DNA of 64,000 nucleotides, taken from positions 135,348,001-135,412,000 of the forward strand of contig NC_086097.1 in assembly GCF_963921235.1 (NCBI RefSeq), given 5' to 3'. A model generated the notes under the pieces. The model was not told the origin of the DNA and made no database searches. It saw only the letters and a list, made by a program, of their open reading frames with translations. Shown here in pieces: positions 63,720 to 64,000 of the stretch. The translations under genes and the position numbers were made by a program. How positions within the stretch are numbered: position 1 is the first letter of the stretch; each line of letters begins with the position of its first letter. This DNA is from Mobula hypostoma. Taxonomy: Eukaryota.

Positions 63720-63945
63720 AACATACATCAAAGTTGCTGGTGAACGCAGCAGGCCAAGCAGCATCTATAGGAAGAGGCGCAGTCGACGTTTCAGGCCGAG
63801 ACCCTTCGTCAGGACTGACGAAGGGTCTCGGCCTGAAACGTCGACTGCGCCTCTTCCTATAGATGCTGCTTGGCCTGCTGCGTTCACCAGCAACTTTGAT
63901 GTATGTTGCTTGAATTTCCAGCATCTGCAGAATTCCTGTTGTTTG
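63720..63945. mobile_element. Palindromic Penelope-derived mini-element
   Basis: Perfect 93-bp inverted arms (63720-63812, 63815-63907) plus a 38-nt tail; 14-bp TSD CCTCCTAGCCAGGA (63706-63719, 63946-63959). Confidence 0.93.
63781..63816 (-). ncRNA. Minimal type I hammerhead ribozyme motif (PLE-associated), intact
   Basis: AGUC-CUGACGA-AGG(GUCUCGG)CCU-GAAA-CG-UC^GACU: helix I AGUC/GACU, full core, helix II, palindromic ACGU in place of helix III. Confidence 0.8.
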
Positions 63946-64000
63946 CCTCCTAGCCAGGATATCATTTCCCCTCCAGTTAAAGTCCCACCTGTTGCTTTTG

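Overview
Vertebrate nuclear DNA. The CR1, Rex1/Babar, Penelope and V-SINE repeat content suggests a cartilaginous fish, probably a ray (inference). Two genes lie head-to-head about 6.6 kb apart. TBC1D31/WDR67 is on the minus strand (ATG 32340, coding exons 1-10 down to 4737, running off the left edge). DERL1 (Derlin-1) is on the plus strand (ATG 38941, coding exons 1-4 to 62990, running off the right edge). All 14 exons were read with splice sites and phases. DERL1 intron 3 (61753-62963) is a U12-type minor intron followed by a 27-nt microexon, and the DERL1 promoter has an overlapping UPRE/ERSE-II element. Introns are packed with mobile DNA: a young L1 with an intact 1258-aa ORF2 and a 14-bp TSD, CR1 and Rex1/Babar LINEs, Penelope-like elements (PLEs), V-SINEs, and Tigger, Harbinger and hAT DNA transposons. 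The most striking signal is a set of tiny PLE-derived insertions, mostly flanked by 11-16 bp TSDs, that carry minimal hammerhead ribozyme motifs and often form near-perfect 93-100 bp palindromes. Copies lying sense to the host pre-mRNA all carry lesions, while the perfect copies are antisense. Repeat family names and boundaries were assigned by eye and are approximate unless a TSD or TIR is quoted. Comparisons to human proteins are from memory.
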